A stretch of DNA of 64,000 nt from Alphaproteobacteria bacterium (GTDB lineage Bacteria; Pseudomonadota; Alphaproteobacteria; MPNO01; UBA830): NCBI GenBank assembly GCA_964291215.2, contig OZ219791.1, forward strand, positions 1,184,001 through 1,248,000, read 5' to 3'. The notes under the pieces were generated by a model, which was not told the DNA's origin, did no database searches, and worked only from the letters and a program-made list of their open reading frames with translations. Shown in pieces: positions 1 through 8,653 of this stretch. Position 1 is the first letter of the stretch; every line of letters starts with the position of its first letter. A program made the translations under genes and the position numbers.

Positions 1-46
1 GGTGTCGTTCAAGGCCGGCAAGGCGCTGAAGGACGCATTGAACTGA
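1..46 (+). CDS. HU/IHF-family DNA-binding protein, 3' end (runs off window)
   Basis: The frame from nt 2 reads VSFKAGKALKDALN-stop, the canonical HU C-terminus. Confidence 0.8.
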   Translation, partial: VSFKAGKALKDALN

Positions 47-478
47 CCGCCATCGGCGTCGCGGCTGCGGCACGTCTGGCGACGGGTCGCAGCCGGGCCG
101 CTCATGTGCCGCGGAGTGAGATCAGCGACGAAATATCGGAAACCGATCAGGGCCGCGAGATCCGGGTCGACGTTCGCCTCGAGCGGGAGATGGCGCAGGT
201 ATTCGACGCCATCGTCGTGAGTGTGCTGATGCATTTGCGCAGGCATTTGCTTCCGGGCGCCGGAGGCGGATGCAACTGCTGGAAAATTCCTGGCGGTTCG
301 GATAGAGGGCTGTCCACCTGCATCTTCTTCACTACCTCAAGGGCCATTGGCAAACTCTCAATCATCGCGGCTCGCCCAGCATCGGGTGCTCCTGCTCGCG
401 GCTGTTTCATCATCGCCACAGGGCGTAGCCCCTCTTCCCTGACGCATAAACTCTTACGTCACCCTTGCACCGCGAGTT

Positions 479-671
479 CACGGCGATCCCACGCTGCTAA
501 TCCGGCGACGACTGGCGAGATTTTTTCAGTTTGCGTCGCGCTGCAATCATGCCGCCAAGGCTCGATGGGGCCTTCTCGGCACGAAAATTGCGATCAAGGG
601 GGCGATCTGTGATGACGCGAGCCCCAACGCATTCGGATTTCGCGTCTCCGAATCGGCATGGGATCATCGTG
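479..671 (+). repeat. ~190-bp palindromic repeat (MITE/REP-like), copy 1
   Basis: Imperfect terminal IR CACGGCGATCCCACGC...GCATGGGATCATCGTG; near-identical copies at 17763, 27528 and 58340. Confidence 0.9.
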
Positions 672-768
672 CCGCGAGGCTTTGACTCCTTTTTCCGCCC
701 GGGGCACACTCGATGGTGGCCAATCACCCTCAGCCTCCTCGACCCGAAAATCACAGCCGGATACCGAC

Positions 769-1614
769 ATGGCGAGAAAACTGACTTCTTTCCGCCGCCC
801 CCGGGGCGGCGCGCTCAGCAAGTCCTATGACACGATCATCGCCCAGAGGCGCAAGGGCGCCCTCGAGATCCAGTTCAACCGTTCGGAGCGGCTGAACACG
901 ATCAACGAGGAGATGGCCGACGACATCATGCATGCCATGGACGCCGTCGAGCTTGACCGCAGGACCATTGCCGTTGTGCTCTCCGGCGACGAGCGTGCGT
1001 TCTGCGCCGGTGCCGATCTCGGCGGTTTCAAGGACCTTCCCGAGGACCGCTACGACAACTACCGGGCGCGCTACAACCAGCGCCGCAACCGGCTGCTCTA
1101 CCGCTTCATGATGAACTACACCAAGCCGGTCATCGCCGTCGTCGAGGGATACTGCCTCGGCGGCGGGTTCGAGCTCGCGATGCTCAGCGACTTCATCGTC
1201 GCCGGCGAGGACGCCAGCTTTGGCCTCCCGGAAGGGCGCCACGGCCTGATTCCGGGCGCCGGCGGCACCCAGAATCTGCCGCGACTCATCGGGGCGCCGC
1301 TGGCCAAGGAGCTGATCTGGACCGGGCGCCGCATCCGGGCCTTGGAGGCGAAGGAATACCGCATCGTCAATCACGTCGTGACGAAGGGGAAGGCGCTTGC
1401 CAAGGCGCGCGAGATCATCGCCGAGATGCACGGGGTGGGGCCGCTCGCGACAATGATGTCGAAGCAGGCGATCAATCGCGGCCGCGACCTGCCGCTTCAT
1501 CTCGGCTTCCAGCAGGAGTCGGATCTCGCCTACATGCTGTCATGGTCCGACGACCGGGCCGAGGGGCTCAAGGCGTTCTCCGAGCGCCGCAAGCCGGACT
1601 TCAAGGGACAATAG
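769..1614 (+). CDS. Enoyl-CoA hydratase/isomerase (crotonase) family protein
   Basis: Motifs FCAGADL, GYCLGGGFELA, FGLPE, IPGAGGTQ, EGLKAFSERRKPDFKG. Start set at ATG 769. Confidence 0.93.
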   Translation: MARKLTSFRRPRGGALSKSYDTIIAQRRKGALEIQFNRSERLNTINEEMADDIMHAMDAVELDRRTIAVVLSGDERAFCAGADLGGFKDLPEDRYDNYRARYNQRRNRLLYRFMMNYTKPVIAVVEGYCLGGGFELAMLSDFIVAGEDASFGLPEGRHGLIPGAGGTQNLPRLIGAPLAKELIWTGRRIRALEAKEYRIVNHVVTKGKALAKAREIIAEMHGVGPLATMMSKQAINRGRDLPLHLGFQQESDLAYMLSWSDDRAEGLKAFSERRKPDFKGQ

Positions 1615-1624
1615 GAGAAGCCGG

Positions 1625-2806
1625 ATGGCCGTAGAGTTTCTTGCCGACAAGGACATCTCCATCGTTGCCTTCGCCGAGACGAAGATAGAGCGCCGCAGCG
1701 GGCGTTCGGCCTACGAATTCGCCTCCGAGGTTGCCGAGCAGCTGTACCGCCAGACTGGGTTCGGGCCGTCGGACATTGACGGCGTGACCTTCAACGTGCC
1801 GATCAGCGAGGCCTCGAACCCCTTCTGGTCGAACTACGCCACCGAGTATCTCGGCATCTCGGCGCGCTGGCTCCAGACCAGCGATCTCGGCGGCGGCTCG
1901 GCCATCGGCAACGTCGCCCGCGCCGCTGCCGCCATCCGGACCGGTTTCTGCGATACGGTGATGCTCATCGGCGCCGACGCGCCGTCGACGCAGTGGCGCG
2001 TGAACTGGGGCAGCTACCGCAACGAGTTCTGGGAACCGGTCGGGATCCAGGGACCGCCGGGCGCCTTCGGCCTGCTGATGAACCGGTATGCCCACGAGCA
2101 CGATCTCGACCTTCGCGGCCTCGGTGCGCTCGCCGTTGCCCAGCGCAACGGCGCCGTGCTCAACTCCAACGCCTACAAGAACCTCCGCAAGAAGATCACC
2201 GTCGACGACTACCTGAATTCCCGCCAGGTCTCGTCGCCGCTGCGGCTTCTCGACTCGGTCATGTATTGCGATGGCGGCAACGGGCTGATCATGATGAAGA
2301 CGCGCCGCGCGCGCCGACTCGGTCTCGGCGACCGCGTCTACCCCGTCTCCTATTCCGAGATCTCGAACTTCGACTGCGCCAACCAGGCCCCGGACATCAC
2401 GCAGACCGGGCATTCGGTCGTCGGCCGCGAAGTCCTCGCCAGGGCGAAGCTGAAGGCCCGGGACATCGACATGTTCCACCCCTATGACGATTTCCTGTTT
2501 GCCGTGATGCTCAAATGCGAGCAGATCGGGTTCGCGAGGAAAGGCCGCGGCTCGCAGTTCCTCCGCGATACAGATCTCGGGCCGAAGGGCGAGTTCCCTA
2601 TCAACACCGGCGGCGGCCAGATTAGCTGCGGCCAGCCGGGGCTCGCGGGCGGCGGCGTTAACCTCGTCGAGGCGGTGCGCCAGCTCATGGGCAAGGCGGG
2701 CCGGCGCCAGGTTCCCGACGCGCGGAACGCCATGGTCACGGGAATCGGCGTGATTCCCTACGGCCGCAACTGGGGCGTTTCCAACGCCATGGTCCTGGCG
2801 AACTGA
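1625..2806 (+). CDS. Thiolase-fold protein, SCP2/Ltp2-like (no N-terminal catalytic Cys)
   Basis: Motifs DLGGGSA, LRLLDSVMYCDGG, HPYDDF, PINTGGGQIS, VEAVRQLMG; RBS AGGAG; followed by a DUF35 gene. Confidence 0.88.
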   Translation: MAVEFLADKDISIVAFAETKIERRSGRSAYEFASEVAEQLYRQTGFGPSDIDGVTFNVPISEASNPFWSNYATEYLGISARWLQTSDLGGGSAIGNVARAAAAIRTGFCDTVMLIGADAPSTQWRVNWGSYRNEFWEPVGIQGPPGAFGLLMNRYAHEHDLDLRGLGALAVAQRNGAVLNSNAYKNLRKKITVDDYLNSRQVSSPLRLLDSVMYCDGGNGLIMMKTRRARRLGLGDRVYPVSYSEISNFDCANQAPDITQTGHSVVGREVLARAKLKARDIDMFHPYDDFLFAVMLKCEQIGFARKGRGSQFLRDTDLGPKGEFPINTGGGQISCGQPGLAGGGVNLVEAVRQLMGKAGRRQVPDARNAMVTGIGVIPYGRNWGVSNAMVLAN

Positions 2807-2842
2807 CGGCGCCGCCCGGCGGTCCGGCAGAGGAGAACGACA

Positions 2843-3271
2843 ATGGCAAAACCAACCGCAAAGCCGCGCCCGGTGCCCAAGCCGACGCCCGTAACGCAGC
2901 CCTTTTGGGACGGCGCCCGCGACGGCCGGCTTATGCTGCAGTACGACCCGGCGACGCGCAAGTACCAGTTCTGGCCGCGCGCCAACAGCGTGCATACCGG
3001 CAGGAGGAACCTGCGCTGGAAGGAAGCGTCGGGCCGCGGCACGCTCTATTCCTATACCGTCACCCATGTGCCGACCGCGGGTTTCGAGCACCGGACGCCC
3101 TACGTCATCGGGCTGGTCGAGCTTGACGAGGGGATTCGCATCATTGCCAATCTCAACGGGGTGGGCGAGGACGATGTCGAGATCGGCATGCGGGTCAGGG
3201 TCGCCTGGGAGGAGCTCGACGACGGTTCGCCGTATTACGCGTTCGTTCCCGATAACGGCGCGGATGGCTGA
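2843..3271 (+). CDS. DUF35/ChsH2-like OB-fold protein
   Basis: Motifs TQPFWDG, GRGTLYSYTV, PYVIGLVELDEG, IGMRVRV; adjacent to the thiolase-fold gene. Confidence 0.9.
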   Translation: MAKPTAKPRPVPKPTPVTQPFWDGARDGRLMLQYDPATRKYQFWPRANSVHTGRRNLRWKEASGRGTLYSYTVTHVPTAGFEHRTPYVIGLVELDEGIRIIANLNGVGEDDVEIGMRVRVAWEELDDGSPYYAFVPDNGADG

Positions 3272-3292
3272 TCCGGCGCGAGGCCGCCGCCA

Positions 3293-4843
3293 ATGAAACT
3301 CGGAGCGATGCTGGCCGGGAGCGCGGCACGTTTCCCCGGCCGCGAGGCGCTCGTGTGCGACGGCAGGCGGTTCACCTTCCGCGATCTCGACGAGACCGCC
3401 AACCGGATAGCCAACGGCCTCGCGGCGCGTGGCCTGCGGCCCGGCGACCGCATCGCCATGTACATGCCGAACAGCGCCGAGCTCATCCTCGCGATACTTG
3501 GCGCCGCCAAGTGCGGCGGCGTGATCGTGCCCATCGCGACACGGCTTGCGCCGGCCGAGGTCGACTACATTCTCGAGGACTGTGCGCCCTCTGCGATCCT
3601 GTTCCCGCCCGAATACCGCGCCGCCGCCGCGGCGAGCAGCGGCGACCCGCTGCTCATCGTCGCTGGCGCGGCCCGCGACGGCGAGACTGCCTATGACGAC
3701 CTCGTCGCCGGAGGCGACCCGTCGCCGCCGCCGCCCGTGCCCACCGACATGGACGACCTCCTGATCGGCTACACGTCCGGCACCACGGGGCGGCCCAAGG
3801 GTGCGGTGACCACGCATCTCGGTTTCGTGCTGGTCGGTGCCTTCGTCAATGTCCGGGAGTTCGGATTCGGGTCCGGCGACCGCATCCTGACAACGACGCC
3901 GATGGCGCACCGCACCGGTGTCGGGCGCATCACCAACGCGATCGCCGCGGGCTGCGCGGTGGTCGTCATGCCGCGCTTCGATCCGGTGGCCTGCGTAGAC
4001 ATGATCGAACGTGAGAGGATCACCGTCATCGGGCTGGTTCCTACCATCGCCCGCATGCTGATTCCCGAGATCGAGAAACGGTCCGATGCCTGCCGCACGC
4101 TGAGAGTCATGGTCGCGACCGGCGAGGTGTTTCCGGTGGAACTGAAGGAACGTCTCGCCGCGGCGCTTCCCGGCCTCGGCCTTTACAGCTTCTATGCCCA
4201 GACCGAGGCCGGCTTCGTTGCCTGCCTGCGGCCCGACGAGCAGCAGACGCGCCCGACCTCCTGCGGGCGCGCGGTTCCCGGGGTCGAGATCAGGATCGTC
4301 GATGGCAGCCGCAACGACCTGCCCGCGGGCGAAACCGGCGAGATCCTGGTGCGGTGCGGTCCGCCCGGGACCATGACGATGCGCGAGTACTGGCGCAATC
4401 CCGACGCAACGGCAGCGGCCTTTCACGATGGCTGGCTTATCACCGGCGACTTGGGGCGGCTCGACGTAGAGGGCTATCTCTATTTCGACGACCGCGCCAA
4501 GGACATGATCGTGTCCGGTGGGCTCAACATCTATTCGCGCGAGGTCGAGGACGCGCTCGAACGCCATCCCGCCGTGAGAGAGGCCGCGGTTGTGCCGGCT
4601 CCCGATCCGGAGTTCGGCGAATGCGTGGTCGCGTTCGTCAGGTTCGAGGACCGCATGAGCGCGGCCGAGGATGCGCTGATCGCGCACTGCCGGTCCCTGA
4701 TTGCGAGCTACAAGAAGCCGAAGCACGTGCTCGCGGTCGACGGCTTTCCGCGCAACGGCACTGGCAAGATCGTCAAGGCGGAACTGCGCGCGCGCGCCGC
4801 CGCGGAACTGAAGGCTTCCGATGGAACTGCAGCTTTCGGATGA
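3293..4843 (+). CDS. Acyl-CoA synthetase / AMP-dependent ligase
   Basis: Motifs YTSGTTGRPKG, YAQTE, GWLITGDLG, DRAKDMIVSGG, PRNGTGKI. Confidence 0.93.
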   Translation: MKLGAMLAGSAARFPGREALVCDGRRFTFRDLDETANRIANGLAARGLRPGDRIAMYMPNSAELILAILGAAKCGGVIVPIATRLAPAEVDYILEDCAPSAILFPPEYRAAAAASSGDPLLIVAGAARDGETAYDDLVAGGDPSPPPPVPTDMDDLLIGYTSGTTGRPKGAVTTHLGFVLVGAFVNVREFGFGSGDRILTTTPMAHRTGVGRITNAIAAGCAVVVMPRFDPVACVDMIERERITVIGLVPTIARMLIPEIEKRSDACRTLRVMVATGEVFPVELKERLAAALPGLGLYSFYAQTEAGFVACLRPDEQQTRPTSCGRAVPGVEIRIVDGSRNDLPAGETGEILVRCGPPGTMTMREYWRNPDATAAAFHDGWLITGDLGRLDVEGYLYFDDRAKDMIVSGGLNIYSREVEDALERHPAVREAAVVPAPDPEFGECVVAFVRFEDRMSAAEDALIAHCRSLIASYKKPKHVLAVDGFPRNGTGKIVKAELRARAAAELKASDGTAAFG

Positions 4844-5930
4844 GCAGCAGATGCTGCGCAAGAGCGCGGCGGCCTTTGCAGCCCGCCATGGCGGCGCCGG
4901 GAGGTTCCGCGCCGGCGATTGCGCGCTCCGCCGCGATGTCTGGTCGGAAGCCGCGGAGGCGTTCTTCTTCGGCGCGCTGGTGCCCGAGAGCTGCGGCGGC
5001 CTCGGGCTCGGCTTCGCCGAGCTCTGCCTCGTCGCCGGGGAATGCGGCCGGCATCTGGTGCCCGAGCCGGTCGCCATCGGCATCATCGTCGCCGACGCTG
5101 TCGCCCGCTGCGGCGTCCCGGAGGCGCCGGCCGGGCCGCTGATCGCCGGGAGCCGGGTGATCCTTCCCGCGCTCATCGAGACGCCGCGCGGCCTCGGCCA
5201 TGACCGGCCCCAGACCAAGGCGGTGCGGGATGGCGGCGGTATCCGCGTGAGCGGCGCCAAGATCGGAATCGCGGGCGACGCCGACGCCTACCTGGTCTCG
5301 GCATCGTCGCCCGACGGTCTGGTCCTGGCCTGCGTTCCGCGGGACGAGGCCCGGCTGGACGCGGGCACGGCGGCGGACAACACCGCCATGGGACGAATCC
5401 GCCTTTCGGGAGCGCCGGCGGAGGAGCTGGCAGCCGGCTCCGGCGCTCACGAGTTGCTCGATGCGCTTCTTGCGGCCGCGCATCTTGCGACCGCTGCCGA
5501 ACTCCTCGGGGTGATGGAACGGGCACACGAGATCACGCTCGACCATCTCAGGATTCGCCGCCAGTTCGGCCGGCCCATCGGGTCGTTCCAGGCGTTGCAG
5601 CACCGCGCTGTCGACAATCTTGCCGCGGTCGAGGCCGGCCGCTCGCTGGTCCATCAGGCGGCGCGGGCGATCGACGCCGGCGGTACCTCGCCCGGCCTGC
5701 CGTCGGCGGTACTGGCCCACGCGGCGGATGGCGCGCTCACGGTGTGCAAGTCGGCGATCCAGATGCATGGCGCCATCGGATTTACCGACGAGCACGAGAT
5801 CGGTTACCATCTCAAGCGCGCGATGACGCTGGCGGCGCGCTGGGGCAACGCCGCGGCGCATCGCCGGCATTACCTTGAGGCTTCGGAGTCCGGCGGCGAG
5901 GCGGCGCTGCCCGCCCAAAGTGCCGTCTGA
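4821..5930 (+). CDS. Acyl-CoA dehydrogenase family protein (heteromeric partner-subunit type)
   Basis: Motifs RRQFGRPIGSFQALQHR and IQMHGAIGFTDEH; short C-terminus LAARWGNAAAHR. Confidence 0.88.
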   Translation: MELQLSDEQQMLRKSAAAFAARHGGAGRFRAGDCALRRDVWSEAAEAFFFGALVPESCGGLGLGFAELCLVAGECGRHLVPEPVAIGIIVADAVARCGVPEAPAGPLIAGSRVILPALIETPRGLGHDRPQTKAVRDGGGIRVSGAKIGIAGDADAYLVSASSPDGLVLACVPRDEARLDAGTAADNTAMGRIRLSGAPAEELAAGSGAHELLDALLAAAHLATAAELLGVMERAHEITLDHLRIRRQFGRPIGSFQALQHRAVDNLAAVEAGRSLVHQAARAIDAGGTSPGLPSAVLAHAADGALTVCKSAIQMHGAIGFTDEHEIGYHLKRAMTLAARWGNAAAHRRHYLEASESGGEAALPAQSAV

Positions 5931-5963
5931 GCCGCCTTCTCCAACCCGGGATTCAGCAGAACC

Positions 5964-7373
5964 ATGCCCGACCAGTCCCTGCGTACTTTCCTTGCCAATC
6001 TTGAGCAGCGCGGAGAGTTGATCCGCTTCTCCGGCGAGGTCGACCCCGCGGCCAACATGGCGGCGATCGAGTGGAAGGCCTTCAACGAGCTTGGCAAGGC
6101 CAGTCTGTTCACCTCGTTGAAGGGGCATGGCGGCTGGCGCGCCGTGAGCCAGATCCTTGCCGATCGCCGGAAGTGGTCCATCGGCCTCGGCATCGATGAG
6201 AAGGATCTCCTCGACGAGGTCGCGCACCGCATTGCCCGTGGCATTCCGACGGTCTACGTCCCGGCCGCCGCCGCCCCGGTCCAAGAGGTGGTGGCCGAGG
6301 GCGAGGCGGTGAATATCCACGAGATCCCGTCGATGATGACGTCGGAACGTGACGGCGGGCGCTATTTCGCCTCGGGGATGGCGGTCATCAGGGATCCGGA
6401 CACGGGAATCCGGAACGTTTCCGTGCACCGCCAGATGATCCTCAACGAACGCGAGACTGGCTTCATCATGGTCCCGCGGCAGGCCAGGCGCATCTACGAC
6501 AAGTACGTCGCCCGGGGGCTAAACATGCCGGTGGCGATGGTCTATGGCGGCCATCCGGCGCTCTTCTACGGGGCTGGTTTCACCACAGGTTTCGACCGCG
6601 ACGAACTCGAGGTTGCGGGCGCCCTGATTGGCGAGGGGGTGCGCATGGTGAAGTGCAGGACCGTCGATCTCGAGGTGCCGGCGGAAGCAGAACTCGTGCT
6701 CGAGGGCGAGGTGCTCCGCGATATCGAGGTGCCGGAGGGGCCGTTCGGCGAGATTCCGGGAACCTATGCGGAAGCCACCACGTCGCAGGTGCTGCGCGTC
6801 AACTGCATGACGCGGCGGCGCGACCCGATCTTCTATGCGGTGCATTGCGGGTATCCGACGACCGACACCCAGGGGACGATGGCACTCGGCGTCGAAGTCG
6901 CGACCAGGGACCATCTCCGCAATGTCGAGGGCGGGCTCGATCTCCTCGATGTCCGCTGTCACCCGGCTGCCGGCATGATGATGCTGGTCGTCAAGCTCCG
7001 GCCTCGCGTCGAGGGCCAGGCCAAGACGGCGCTGATGGCGGCGCTGTCAGGGCCGTACCTGCACCCGAAGATGGCGGTTGCGGTCGACGAGGACATCGAT
7101 GCCGGCGACCTCCGGCAGGTCATGTGGTCGATGACGACCCGAGTGCATGCGCAGCGCGACATGATCATGATTCCGAACACCAGGGTATTCGCGCTCGACA
7201 ATGTCTCACCGGTGGTGCCGGGACAGAACAGCTTTCACCGCCTCGGTACCAAGTGGATGGTCGACGCGACCATGCCGGCGGTAACCCAGGCCGAGGAGCG
7301 GGCGCGGTTCATGCGCGCGGTCCCGCGCAATTTCGAGAGTGTCGATCTCGACGAGTTCCTGCCGGACGCCTGA
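5964..7373 (+). CDS. UbiD-family (prFMN-dependent) decarboxylase
   Basis: Motifs DGGRY, NVSVHR, LEVPAEAELVLEG, EGPFGE, VAVDEDID, IDAT-like VDAT. Confidence 0.92.
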   Translation: MPDQSLRTFLANLEQRGELIRFSGEVDPAANMAAIEWKAFNELGKASLFTSLKGHGGWRAVSQILADRRKWSIGLGIDEKDLLDEVAHRIARGIPTVYVPAAAAPVQEVVAEGEAVNIHEIPSMMTSERDGGRYFASGMAVIRDPDTGIRNVSVHRQMILNERETGFIMVPRQARRIYDKYVARGLNMPVAMVYGGHPALFYGAGFTTGFDRDELEVAGALIGEGVRMVKCRTVDLEVPAEAELVLEGEVLRDIEVPEGPFGEIPGTYAEATTSQVLRVNCMTRRRDPIFYAVHCGYPTTDTQGTMALGVEVATRDHLRNVEGGLDLLDVRCHPAAGMMMLVVKLRPRVEGQAKTALMAALSGPYLHPKMAVAVDEDIDAGDLRQVMWSMTTRVHAQRDMIMIPNTRVFALDNVSPVVPGQNSFHRLGTKWMVDATMPAVTQAEERARFMRAVPRNFESVDLDEFLPDA

Positions 7374-7457
7374 TCCGCGCCGGCGCTACCGGTGGCGAAA
7401 CAGGGACGCCGCAGCCCGCGGTGCGTTCAAAGTCGGGACGCCGGCATGGCGGCGGTC

Positions 7458-7496
7458 CCGGAGCGACGGGGGGGGGGGGGGTGCCCGACGCTCCGG
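7458..7496. terminator. Hairpin between convergent ubiD-like and dctP genes, with a G14 run at the loop
   Basis: Stem CCGGAGCG-A-CGGG...CCCG-A-CGCTCCGG; no U-tract. Confidence 0.4.
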
Positions 7497-7504
7497 CCGG
7501 CTGC

Positions 7505-8491
7505 CTACTGATACATCAGCGGCTTCAGCATCTTGTAGTCGACCGTGTACTTGTACGTGTCGTTGACCGCCCACTTGGCGCCGTAGATGGTCTTGAGATA
7601 AGCCTTCGCATACTCGCCTTCGAGCGCGAAGGTCTGAACGCCGGCCTTTTCGAGGCGGGCCTCGTCGGCCGCGAGATTCTTGGCCACGACCTCGTCGCTT
7701 CTCTTCTCGTAGGTCGCGCTGAGCTTGGTGAGAAAATCCCTTTCCGCCTGCGTGAGGCTTTCCCATTTCTTCTTGTTTATGATGGTCATGAAGGTCGCGC
7801 CGTAGAAGTTCGGCGTGATCTTGTACTTGAGGAACTTCTCCCAGCCGTACTTGGTGATCGAACCCTTTGGCCATGCCATGCCCAGCACGACGCCGCGTTC
7901 GAGGCCAGTATAGACGTCGCCCGGAGCCATGCTCACGGGAATTGCCTCCATGGCGGCAAGAAACGGCTTGTAAAGGCCCGTTGAGCGCATCTTGATGCCT
8001 TTCAGATCGATGCCGGTCGTCTTGCTCAGCTTGGGCTTGAAGGTGGTGTAGACGTAGAAGGTCGAGACGTTGAAGGCCGGCCAGGCGAGGATATGGGCGT
8101 TCAGGCCCTTGTCCCATGCCTCCCGGAGCATGTCGTAGGCACCGTTCGACCGCATCTCCTCCAGAGACTTGTTGTGGGCGCCCAGGAGGCGGGCTTCCGG
8201 CAGGTCGGCGCCGTAGTAGGGCGTCGGACAGAAGATCAGGTCGATGAGACCGCGCTTCAGCAGTCCGCCCTGCTTGCGGAAGGGGGTGATTTCCGGCCCG
8301 CCCATGTAGCGGAGCTTGAGGCCGATATTGTTGGCCTGGGCGGGTTTCAGGAATTCATCGAGGAAGACGATGACATGGTCATGGGTGCGAATCTGGCACG
8401 TCGAGACCTTTATCGTCGAAGCCTGAGAAGGTAGCGACAACGCGAGGGCGGCCGCGGTAATCGTCAGTACCGAAAGCGACTTCCGTATCAT
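7505..8491 (-). CDS. dctP: TRAP transporter substrate-binding protein DctP
   Basis: Signal peptide MIRKSLSVLTITAAALAL; motifs DLKGIKMR and DVYTGLERGVV; downstream of dctQM. Confidence 0.88.
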   Translation of the reverse strand: MIRKSLSVLTITAAALALSLPSQASTIKVSTCQIRTHDHVIVFLDEFLKPAQANNIGLKLRYMGGPEITPFRKQGGLLKRGLIDLIFCPTPYYGADLPEARLLGAHNKSLEEMRSNGAYDMLREAWDKGLNAHILAWPAFNVSTFYVYTTFKPKLSKTTGIDLKGIKMRSTGLYKPFLAAMEAIPVSMAPGDVYTGLERGVVLGMAWPKGSITKYGWEKFLKYKITPNFYGATFMTIINKKKWESLTQAERDFLTKLSATYEKRSDEVVAKNLAADEARLEKAGVQTFALEGEYAKAYLKTIYGAKWAVNDTYKYTVDYKMLKPLMYQ

Positions 8492-8653
8492 GACTTTTCT
8501 CCATCTTGTTGTCCGTGTCCGGCCGTACTTCCCTGCAAGCAACCGAGCGATGTCGCACGCCGCCCGACGATGCCGGATGAACGGGGAAGGATAGTGGCCG
8601 GGGCATGTCCGCACAACAACCGGCGGGCGGGCGCGGACGGTGCCCCGGGAAGG

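Noticed and set aside
106-470. Short ORFs between the HU gene and the repeat
   Set aside because: No recognisable motif or clear RBS; cannot support a call.
1601-5260. 1219-aa minus-strand ORF and other long antisense ORFs (e.g. 24452-26800, 21533-23245, 10746-12461)
   Set aside because: Shadow frames of high-GC genes; no motifs, and they overlap well-supported CDSs.
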